A stretch of DNA of 63,765 bases, filler included, from Chrysochromulina tobinii (Eukaryota): assembly GCA_001275005.1 (NCBI GenBank). It is 8 parts of 8 records of this genome, joined end to end, with 100 filler letters (N's around TTAATTAATTAA, not from the genome) between each part and the next. Parts side by side here need not be neighbours in the genome. Positions count along the whole stretch, not along the records: positions 19,630 to 25,202 come from JWZX01000689.1; positions 25,303 to 35,896 come from JWZX01000690.1; 6 more parts are not named here. One strand, written 5' to 3'. How positions within the stretch are numbered: position 1 is the stretch's first letter; every line of letters starts with the position of its first letter. Made by a program: the position numbers and the translations under genes. Shown here piece by piece: positions 23,241-33,193 of the stretch. The notes below the pieces were generated by a model. That model made no database searches. It was given only the letters and a program-made list of their open reading frames with translations, and was not told the origin of the DNA.

Positions 23241-25202
23241 GTGGTTTAGACAAGAGATCGCAACGGGCGAGCGTCGAGATTGGAGTAGCTACTCCATCTA
23301 TGTGCAGCCAACTGGTGGCGGACTTGAGATCGCGCATCCGGATGACCGAGTGCTCGGCAAGCACCCCGGTGATATAAGCTTGCATCACCTGGTTCCTGAC
23401 CTTGATGTTGACGAGGCCCGCCTCGTTATGGTAGGCGATGGCCGCTTGCAGTACTCTCTCGAACGAGTCTTGCCCCGAGAAGTTGAGCAGGGCGAAGAAG
23501 CCCGTATCGTCACGCGCGACACGCGTCAGGAGCAGCTGGTTGCGGGTGACCGACCCATATACCTGGTCAGCCGGTACGTGAACCTGCTCGTGAACAGCGT
23601 CCGGGTTGTGGTAGAACGCCAGCGCAGCATAGTAGAGGTCATTCTCGAGGTCAAAGGACACGCTCCCCGTGCAAAAGACCTCCCACAGCTTCTTGAGCGG
23701 TGGGTACTTGCGCAAGGGATCCGCGATGGCCACGACGTGCGCCGGCATGCACAGCTCGAACGCGAGCTGACCCATGAAGGTTGGGCCGTGCATGCGGAGC
23801 GTGTTGGCGATCATCTTGACCAGCGGGATCACCGGCACAGCGTCCTTTTGGCCACACAACGCGTGCATGAAGATGGCCTCGCCGGAGCGGATGATTGCGC
23901 CGATGATCGCATGCGCGTGCTCGTGGGAGTCGAACATGCCCTGGAGTGCCTTGTTGAGCGCAGTGAAGGCCGGATCGCCCAGTCTCTTGTACACCTCGGC
24001 CTGGTGGGCCGTGGAATACCCGATAAGCCTGGCCTCTCCTGACGGAACGCCCTCCTTGGCCCGCTGACGGTCTTGCTCCTTGTCCTCGAGGATATCAAGC
24101 ACCTTGGCGGTCCGCTCGGCAGGTGACAGCTGCTGCATATCTGCACCCGCGAAGCGCGGGGTGAGAAATGAGAGCTTCGCCGCCAGGATGGCAAGGTCGC
24201 CTACCACGGGCTCGGAGGCCCGGATACCAGTGCGAGCACATAGAGTCCGAATCTCCGTCCACGCCGCCGATGGCGCCACCGCGCAGAAGCGACCTCCTGC
24301 GCTGTCCTGGCCCAAGATAGGGATGAGGGCCTCATAGTGGTCCACCGCAAGAAGGATGTTCTCCACTGTGAGTGCGTCGTGCTGGCTTGAGGCAAGGCCC
24401 GCGGCCAGCCGGCGCCGAGCATCCACGAGTCCGGCATGCAGAACTTCGAGCTGCTCGGGCGGCTGGGCGCCTTCGAAGGCGCGCCTGAACTCCTCCACTT
24501 GGGCTCTGGCATCGATCCAGGTTGGTAGGTCGAACGTCCCACGTATCGTTGCGGGCACGAGCGACTGGAGTGCCGACTGCAGCACCATTGTCACTACCAC
24601 CTGATAGCCACCTTGCGCTGAGCGGTCTACCCCGGTGAGGCGAGGGCCGACTGTGAGCTCGAAGGCGCCTAGCGCTTCCGGGGCAATGTCACCGTATGCC
24701 AAGATGTTTCTGGCGGTGACCGTCGCCGGCGGCGGCGGGCCTGCTGGCGGGCCTGGGCCTCCGCTGGGCGGGCCTTGTGCTGCCGCGGCTGCCGGTGCAG
24801 GTGCTGCGAGTGGGTAGATTGTGGCCACGTCAATTGAGTCGGCCGCATCCAGACGGAAGATGGGGCTCGCTTGCATGTTCGCCAATTTGCGCAGGAAGAC
24901 ACGTAGCTGCCCCGTCCGAAGCTGCGAGCTCAGCATATTGGACTCGCGGGCGCGAGTGAGGAGTAGGTCCGTGATCTCTCCCAATTTGGTGGAGCCGATG
25001 ATTGTGCTCTCAATAATCAGTCTTGCAAACTCGGGCGAGTACGTCACCACGCGCCCGAGCAGCCATATGATCGCAGCCCAGCGTATGCCTCTAGCTCCGC
25101 GCCCGCCGCCCTTAGCCTCCAGGCTGGTGGTGAGCTCCGGGGTCAAGGTGTGGAGTGCCGAACTCTCTCCACTCGTGATGACGTAGATCTGTCCATCTGT
25201 GC
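23206..25202 (-). CDS. ORF1 (gag-like) of the retroelement; 5' end runs to the contig edge
   Basis: At least 646 aa in an open frame upstream of and overlapping pol; no recognisable domain. Confidence 0.6.
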
Positions 25203-25302
25203 NNNNNNNNNNNNNNNNNNNNNNNNNNNNNNNNNNNNNNNNNNNNTTAATTAATTAANNNNNNNNNNNNNNNNNNNNNNNNNNNNNNNNNNNNNNNNNN
25301 NN
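25203..25302. other. Artificial contig linker
   Basis: N-TTAATTAATTAA-N. Confidence 0.98.
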
Positions 25303-25710
25303 CGTACCCCGAGGTAACCCCGAGGCGCGAGGGGGACTGTGCCAATGCCATCACAACAGCCTGAGGTCGCCTAGTGTCATGCCGTTCCGTGTGTGCGATC
25401 ACTTACTAAATCACTTACTGTATCGTTTCTTCGTCCCCGCGTCGTTCCGATCACTTCAACTGATGACTCGGGCATGCGAAGCATCCTGGGTCCAGCGTGC
25501 GGGCGTCGCTTCAAAAATTGGGGCTGTCTCAGCCGTTGCAGGAAAGAAAAAAAGGCCCATCCCCTGTAGGTGAGGGCGGTGACGGTTGGCCGGCGGCGGC
25601 AAGGAGGGGCGAAACAGCTAAAAGACCAAAAGACTGTGACGAGGAAGAGCGAAGAGCGCCCACGCTCCGGCTCACACACGGACTCTGCAACTCTCCGAAT
25701 CGTCAAACAC

Positions 25711-25908
25711 TCAAACTTGCGAAATCACTTTTTTAAAGGAGGCTGCGCCTGCCCAGGTGTACTTGGTGCCCGACGTCTGAGTTGGGGAGGAAGAAGTGCA
25801 GCTGCCACAAAAACCGCCGGCGTTGTTGCAGCCGTCGATGATTTTGTAGGTCGTTTCGGCCAGCGTGGCGGGCACGTGGAAAGCGAGGAGGAACAGCGCG
25901 AACTTCAT
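25711..25908 (-). CDS. Possible small secreted Cys-containing protein or first exon
   Basis: AAAATG context and signal-peptide-like MKFALFLLAFHVPATLA. Confidence 0.3.
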   Translation of the reverse strand: MKFALFLLAFHVPATLAETTYKIIDGCNNAGGFCGSCTSSSPTQTSGTKYTWAGAASFKKVISQV

Positions 25909-26203
25909 TTTACATTTTCCAGAAATGGCAGAAGTTCAGGGCGTGCTGAGAGTGTGCCTCGAGTCGGAGATTTTGGAATTTCTTCAATTTGATCAAGCTA
26001 GAGTTTCGTCGTCGTCCCCCATCGGTCACCTAACCACAGTCTCACCGTACGGCTGCACACCCCTCGCGTCAACACAAGTTCTGAGTACATGTATACTCGC
26101 TCTCACAAAATCACAAAAAGCTCCCAGGACTTTCTAATTTTAAGAAATTTTGTCAAAGACTGGTTGAAGAGTTTCGTCCACGAAACTGGGCAGTAGGAGT
26201 AGC

Positions 26204-27866
26204 TCAGACCCACGGCACAAGCCCCACAAGCCTCTGGCCCAGGGGAGTGAGCACTGCGGGCTCCCCGCTCGCCTCGCCTGGTGGCGGGTGCGGCAGCTCG
26301 GCCTCGTGAGGATCCTCGTCGAGCAGCGGCAGCCGCAGGCGCCAGCGCTCGACACGGCGCTCGCGGCTCTGCCGGCGGACCCTGGCCGTCGCCACCTGAG
26401 GCAGCCCGCCAAGGAGTGGGTCAGACGCCGAACTGTCGCGCTCAGGTTGGCGCTCGGGACGACGCTCAAGATGGCCATCGCTGCCACCCGCCGCCGTCGG
26501 GTTGCCGCCTTGGTTGCCGCCCTGGTCGCCGCAGGACTCGTCCTCAACGGCCCCTGCGTCCTCCTCGTCCCTCTTCGAGACCCCCTCCCTGCTCTCCTTT
26601 GCCTGAGCCTCGAAGGCCACCTCCTCAGCTCGTGAGGCCATCAACAGGGAGGGCAGGTAGGCAAGCGTGCCCGCATCCGCCATGCTCAGGGGTGCATCGG
26701 GGTGACGTGTCGGACCGAGGAACGGCGCCGCGTCCTCGGGCACCATCGACACGTACGCGGAGATGCGTGGGCGCGTGCCCACGTTCGGCGCGGGCCCGTG
26801 TGGAAGCAGCGAGTGCCACACCACCAACGAGCCTGCCGGAGCCTGCGCGCCGATAGGCAATCAGGGGCCATCAGGGGCCATCAGAGAGGCCATCAGGGGC
26901 AGTCAGAGAGGCAATGGGGGGCAATCAGAGACGCAATCAGAGACGCAATCAGAGACGCAATCAGAGACGCAATCCGATACGCAATCAGATACGCAATCAG
27001 ACAATCAAGGCAATCACCTCGACACTGACTGCGGCCGCCTCGAGCGCCGCAGCTGCCTCGCCCTCCGGCGCTCGATCGGCGCTGCGGTTGGCGGGCTGCG
27101 TACGATCCCACTTGAGAAATCGCCGGTGGAAGCCCGGCACCTGATGAGGGGCGCAATCAGACGCAATCAAGACGTGCTCAAGACGCAATCAGGACGTCTC
27201 GGTGGAAGCTCGGCACCACGCGCAGCGCGCCCTGCAAGGCCGAGGTTGACTCGAGGTACACGACGCCTTGCATGACAAATGGCACTGGCCAGGCTGCGCG
27301 GCGCGTGTCCACGTCCCAGTGGAGACCCACCTGATGAGGGGCGCAATCAGATGCAATCAGGCGCAATCAGGCGCAATCAGGCGCAATCAAGACGTAATCA
27401 AGACGTCCCAGTGGAGACCCACGTGCACGTCGCCAGGGTCGGACCACGCCGGGTGCGACGCGTTCTGCGGCGGCTTGAAGTGCGCGCGGTCCGTGGTCAC
27501 GTATAGCCTCCGCGTGCCGTAGAGGTCGGAAAAGATGTCGTGCATGCGAGGCAGCTGCCGAATGGCCCAGAGAGACCGATGGTGGAACATTTGAACCATG
27601 CCGCATGGACCGTGGTGCGGCTTCCTGCCGTTGGGTAGGGTATCCTTGTAGATGTCGAGCGTGTTCTTGTACCACGTGGAGACGTCCGCATCGTCAGCTC
27701 CAATGTAGCTGCGAATCGCAGACGCGGCGTCGCTGGCAAGCGCGAGAGGCACGGCATCGGGCACCACCAGGTAGCCGTTCTGCTCGAAGAAGGAGTATTG
27801 AGCCTCTGTGAGGAACGAGAGGGTCCAAGTACGCGGCGAAGGCCAGATGAATGCTTCCTGGGACAT
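26204..27866 (-). CDS. Phytanoyl-CoA dioxygenase (PhyH) family protein, 4 exons (introns 27331-27422, 27141-27216, 26843-27017)
   Basis: FFEQNGYLVVPDAV, LHWD, QGVVYL, GALRV|VPGFH, E|APAGSLVVWHSLLPHG..PN...PR. GT-AG splicing restores the frame at all three introns. Confidence 0.9.
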
Positions 27867-28499
27867 CCGCGCGCTCAACGAGGTTGCCTGCACATTCACC
27901 CCGCACCTGTGGGGTGGGGCACGTGCGGAACGAGCGCTCGATTTTTCAAACTTTGAAGCCCTTCAAAAATCAATGTTGTGCGGAGATGGATTGGCGGGTG
28001 TGGCATGCAGCTCGTAACGCAAGCAGTGTGAACGGAGGGCGCCTCCCATACTCTCTCGGCAAGGTCGCGAACGCAGCGCGACCGAGTAAGCTCAATACGG
28101 CGCGTCAAACTTCCTTCTGACGGTTTCGCCCGAATAGTCGGTGCGATTCCACAAGTCCTTACGCGCAAAGAAGGCACGATGCCGCAAGCATCGTGCCCTC
28201 TTTGCGCAGCGTCCATCCCCCCTCACCTCCCGAGGTCGGACGACATCGAAGGCGAGAAGAGGGCGTCTCTACGAAGGCGCCCACGCACGCACACCGGATC
28301 GTGCATGCGCACATCCGGGCAGACGAAGCGCGATGGCGCTCCCTCTGCTTTCTCTCTAATCGGGCAAGTCGGTCGGCATGCTCCGGGCACATGGCCGACG
28401 ACCCCATCTCGATCGACATCGCGAACTCGGCCGACGACTCCACCACGAACGTTATCGCAAAGCCGTTTGTAGTGTGGGGACACGGGCTGCACGCGCGGG

Positions 28500-29030
28500 G
28501 AGCACGCAGCGGCAGCAGCAGCAGCAGCAGCCATGAGCAGCAGCAGAACAGGCTGCCAGCCCTCACCGGCTGGCAGATCCTTCAGGGGCCGTCGGCTCAA
28601 GCGAGCCCACGGCCACCTCACTGCAAGTAACCGTCGACGACTCGAAAGAGTTGACGAGCGGCGAAGAGTGCGCGATCACCTTCCGCGAGTAGGGAGGTCG
28701 ACGCAGCAGCAGCAGCAGCGGAACAGGCTGCCAGCCCTCACCGGCTGGCAGATCCTTCAGGGGCAGTCGGGTAGCAGCAGCAGCAGCAGCAGCGGTAGCA
28801 GCAGCAGCAGCAGCAGTGGCCGTCGGCTCGAGCGAGCCCGCGGCCACCCCACGGCCACCCCACCGCCACCCCACCGTCAGCAACGCTCGACAGCTCGAAA
28901 TAGCCGATGAGCGGCGAAGAGGGCACGACCACCAACCCCGGCGGGAGGTCGAGGCAGCAGCAGTATAGCAGCGGCAGCAGCAGCAGCAGCAGCGGAACGG
29001 GCTACCAGCCCTCACCGGCTGGCGGACCCA
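28500..29030 (+). repeat. Three copies of a (CAG)n-gaacaggctgccagccctcaccggctggc unit
   Basis: Copies near 28535-28590, 28702-28763 and 28975-29025, with CAG tracts. Confidence 0.8.
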
Positions 29031-29559
29031 AGAACAGGGCCGACCGGAGTCCATCAGGGGCACACCGGCGGCCCTAACGAACAACCCACGACAGACGGCT
29101 CGAGCGAGCCGCCGGCCGGAGAGGCAAGAGCAGGGCGCGACGCGCGCGCGATATGGGACCATTGGGAGCGCAGCTGCCGGGCACCATGAGGAACGTTGGA
29201 TGCGGGAGCGAAGCGCAATTAGCGTTATGCTCTCCGTCCTTCGGACGGGTCGCTCATGAACCCAATGGTCCGCACTCCTAATCGAGTGCTACCCGACGGG
29301 CAGGAAATGGCCGAAGGTGTGTAAGTGTGTACCGTGCGGTACAGTCACTGTCACTAGGCGCGTGCATGCGGCGTGCGCATGCGGCGCGCAAGCGGGCCGG
29401 GGGGAGACGAAACGGCCCGGCCCGCGCTAGACGAGGCGCGTGAAGTCACACGCCCTTGCGTTAGTGTTTCAGCGCAGGCACCACACTGTGCTTCCAAAAT
29501 TGGAAAGCGCCCACGAACGTTCATCAAAATTGGCCCGTCACGAACACTCATCCTTCAAG

Positions 29560-31185
29560 ATGATGAAGCTGCGCGCCACCTCGACGCGTTTGCTGCAGCT
29601 CGCGCTGTGCTCCTACTTTCCAACGCTGGTCAGACCTGTCTCCACGGCCACGTCGTCGGTGGTGCGACTCCAGGCAGGCAAGGCACGGCTCTTCAAAAAC
29701 GCTGGGCATCCGTTGGTCTTTAGCGGCGCGGTCGACAAGGTGCTCGGCGATCCGGAGCCAGGTGCGATCGTGGACGTCGTCGACGGGAAAGATGGGCTCG
29801 TTGGCTGGGGCGTATTCAACCCGCATTCCATGTATCGGGTGCGGCTACTGGCCACACCTGAAGAGCCGGCGCTCATCGCTCATCGCGACCTTCGCAAGCT
29901 CATTAGCCACAGGCTCGAGGCCGCCTTGAAGTTGCGCGCGGCATTGAGCTTGCCATCGCCCGAGACGACCGCGTACCGTCTCATCAACAGTGAGGGCGAT
30001 CGACTTTCCGGCCTGACCGTCGACGTCTTCGGCGGCACCGCCGTGGCCGTCACCTCAGCGATGTGGCTCGAGCAGCGGTCCGACATGGTGGTCGAGTGCC
30101 TGCGCGCGCTTCCCGGCATCACGGAGGTTGTGTGGAGGCGGAGCGACGGCCGGCTCCAACAAGACGGGTGGGAGGTGCCGAACGCGAAGGTCGAGGAGGT
30201 AGAGGAGCATCAGAGCCTTACCGATGACAGCCCGACTGCGCATGCCTCTGCGCCCGCGCATGCTTCTGCGCCCGCGCCAGCGGCGCAACCGTCGCCGCCG
30301 CCGCCACTGCCCGTCCTCATATACGAGAGTGGCGTCAAGTACCTGGTCGCACCTGTGCTTGGTCAGAAGAGCGGCTTCTACTGCGACCAGCGCGACAACC
30401 GGCGTCAGCTCGCAGAGCTCTGCCGCGACAAACGGGTCCTCGATCTGTTCTGCTACTCGGGGGGCTTCTCGTTGTCGGCGGCGAGGGCGGGCGCGCGCCG
30501 GTGCGTCGGCGTGGACTCGTCGGGCCTCGCGCTCGATCTTGCGCGCCGCAACGCCGCCCTCAACGGCTTCGAAGCGCAGTGCGAGTTTATCCAAGCTGAC
30601 GTGGACAAGTTTCTGCGCGCGGTGCACCTACCAGGAGGAGGACAGGAGGGCGACGTGGCGGGCGCAAGCGACGCGCGCGAGGTCGATGTGGTCATCTGCG
30701 ATCCTCCGAAGCTCGCGCCGTCCGTCAAGGACCTGCCCCGCGCCATCCCAAAGTACCGCATATGGGTTGCCTCCCTCATCTGTTGACACTCCTGATTGCC
30801 TCCCTCATCTGATGACACTCCTGATTGCCTCCCTCATCTGATGACACCCTCAACAGTTACCGCAAGCTCCACGGATTCGCGATGCGCTGAGTCCCTGCAT
30901 GCAAGTGCTCAGCACGACGCACCCCGCCCTCCTCCCCACAGGTACCGCAAGTTCAATGGGCTCGCCATGCGCTCATTGCGGCCTGGGGGCCTGCTGCTCT
31001 CATGCACCTGCAGCGCCGCGATGACCCAATCGGGAGGGTTCGTCAAAATGCTCCACGAGGCCGCTTGGGAGCAGGGGCGTGCCCTGACGGTGCTGCGTGT
31101 CACGGGGCCCGCGGCCGATCACGTCATCCACCCGGCGTGCCCCGAGAGCAGCTACCTGACCGCCGTCCTCGCATTCGTGCTCTGA
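29560..31185 (+). CDS. RlmI-like rRNA m5C SAM-dependent methyltransferase with PUA domain, probably organelle-targeted; intron 30753-30941
   Basis: GHPLVFSGAV, YRLINSEGDRLSGLTVD, GQKSGFYCDQRDNR, VLDLFCYSGGFS, DPPKLA and SCTCS. Splicing AA|G gives PKYRKFN. Confidence 0.9.
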
Positions 31186-31479
31186 GGTGTGAACACGGAT
31201 CGGTGAGCGTAGCATGTTCCCCGAGCGTGCTCTGCCTTGATTGTGCTACTGTGTATCCATATCTGCAAGAAGCCTGTAACGCGTGAGATGCCGATTTTGT
31301 CGCGTCTGTCGTGATTGTTCACAACTTGAACTTCACATCGCCACAAAAGCTACACATCCAAGGTGTGTGTATTCTGAGCGGGCAGTAACAGAGCCGTAGC
31401 ACCGGTTGTCGCGTCTGTCGTGTTAACGTTCACACATCCTTCAAACGCCCGCACGCCCGGAAAACGTTGCTGCATTCCC

Positions 31480-32718
31480 ATGGACGCGCTGGATGGGCTG
31501 ATGACGGGCTATGGCGCGAACGGCCGCTCGATTACCACGAACGGCAACATGAACGGCACCGCGAACTTCCGCGAACTACGTGCGAACTCCTTGACCACTG
31601 TCTACCGCGATCGCAGTAACCCTCAGAGACGTGTGAGCAGTGACAGCTTGGCAGGCATGCCGAAGGAGGCTGGGCTTCCAAAGGCTCAAGGCCGCGTGGG
31701 TAGCGCAGGCCTTGCGGGCATGCCGGCCGGTTTCGCTGACGTGTACGCGAACCGGGCTCCGATGATGGGCACGAGCCTCGGTCTCAACGTGAGCCGTATG
31801 TCGATGGCACCGGCTTTGGCGCCGCCGCCCAAGCAGTCCTCACGGCAGCCGCTGGCCTCGCACCCACTGGGGAACAATGCTGGCGGTACATGTACTGCTG
31901 GGCCTGCACTGGACGCGCTGCTCGACGGCATCACGCTGGAGCACGGCTACGCGTGCGATCCTAACAGCAGCTGGCGCGAGTACATGGAGGACGACTACGC
32001 GGTCGTAGAGGACTTTGCCGATCGGCGCGGCAGCTTGTACTGCGGGCTCTACGATGGGCACGGCGGGCGGCTCGCCGTCGATTTCGTCGCCAAGAACCTT
32101 CACGGCAGCATCGAGCGCGAGCTGCGCAGCGGCCCAGCGGGGGACGCTCCTCTCGAGGCTATGCGACGTGGCTTCCTCAAGTGCGACCGGCAGCTGCTGC
32201 AGTGCGGCGCGATGCAGGTGGGCACGACGGTGGCCGTGTGCCTGTGCCTGCCGGGGCCGGGCGGCCAGATCGAGCTGCACGCGGCCAATGCGGGCGACAG
32301 CCGCATCTTGCTCATCTCGGACTTGGGACCCAAACGGCTCTCTGTAGATCACGTGGCCTCAGACCCAATTGAGGCCGAGAGGGTGCAGGGGCAGGGCGGA
32401 CGCATCCTGCGCGGGCGGGTGGGCGGCGTACTGGCGGTCACGCGGGCCATGGGCGACCATAGCCTCAAGGGGAGCTGCGCGGGCAGTGGGCTCACCGCCG
32501 ACCCTCACTGCGTGCTGCACACGTGCGGCAGCGCCGATCGCTTCGTGGTCCTCGCCTCTGACGGCCTTTGGGATGTCCTGAGCGATGAGGATGCTCATAA
32601 GCTCGTTCTGCAGCACATGAATCTGCCGCCCAAGCAGATCGCCGAGACGCTCGTCGTGCAAGCGGTCGCCCGCGGCTCTCGTGACAACATCTCGGCTCTC
32701 GTGGTGAAGCTGCGATGA
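31480..32718 (+). CDS. PP2C/PPM protein phosphatase
   Basis: REYMED, YDGHGG, GTT, NAGDSR, LAVTRAMGD, LASDGLWD and GSRDNIS. Confidence 0.93.
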   Translation: MDALDGLMTGYGANGRSITTNGNMNGTANFRELRANSLTTVYRDRSNPQRRVSSDSLAGMPKEAGLPKAQGRVGSAGLAGMPAGFADVYANRAPMMGTSLGLNVSRMSMAPALAPPPKQSSRQPLASHPLGNNAGGTCTAGPALDALLDGITLEHGYACDPNSSWREYMEDDYAVVEDFADRRGSLYCGLYDGHGGRLAVDFVAKNLHGSIERELRSGPAGDAPLEAMRRGFLKCDRQLLQCGAMQVGTTVAVCLCLPGPGGQIELHAANAGDSRILLISDLGPKRLSVDHVASDPIEAERVQGQGGRILRGRVGGVLAVTRAMGDHSLKGSCAGSGLTADPHCVLHTCGSADRFVVLASDGLWDVLSDEDAHKLVLQHMNLPPKQIAETLVVQAVARGSRDNISALVVKLR

Positions 32719-32959
32719 GGAGCTCGAGCGGGAGATTATTTGATGAGGGAGGCAATCGCGCTTGAGAGCCGGAGTCAGAGCGGGCGACCACTTGCTTGGC
32801 GTGAGCATGGCGTGAGCTTGGCGGCGGTCACCATTATCCTGGAGTTCTCGTGGCATTCAACGGTTGATCGATCGGCTGTGGCACAGCGCGTCTGGAACTC
32901 TTGCGGGCCTGTGGGCATGGGTCCGGCGGGCGGGATCCTACAAGTGTGGTTTGAGAGGA

Positions 32960-33141
32960 GGCTTTTTTCGATTTGGCGTTTTCCATAAAGCGTCCTTTTG
33001 AGCGCTGTTCATGTGTATGAGTGAAAATGGCCGTCTCGCCCACGGTGGCCACGGGAGCTGAGATGGGGCTTTTTTCGATTTGGCGTTTTCTGAACGCGTC
33101 CTTTTGAGCGCTGTTCATGTGTATGAGTGAAAATGGCCGTC
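32960..33141 (+). repeat. ~75-bp direct duplication upstream of the PX-aminotransferase gene
   Basis: 32960-33035 matches 33067-33141. Confidence 0.9.
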
Positions 33142-33193
33142 CCACCCAAGGTTCGGAAGCAAGCCAAGGAAGGAGTCTCAATCCTGGGCAGCT

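Larger units (their letters stand above)
19630..25202 (-). mobile_element. DIRS/Ngaro-like retrotransposon (partial; both ends cut by contig gaps; tyrosine recombinase not visible)
   Basis: Two overlapping long ORFs on the minus strand; ORF2 has DIRS-type RT and the start of RNase H. Confidence 0.75.

Noticed and set aside
20412..24042. Long antisense ORFs over the retroelement (and similar ones over other genes)
   Set aside because: They are expected shadows of high GC3 codon bias and carry no motifs.
1..25202. Helitron, receptor kinase, TET-like element and DNMT-like retroelement as one linked epigenetic island
   Set aside because: They lie on four separate contigs joined by linkers, so physical linkage is unsupported.
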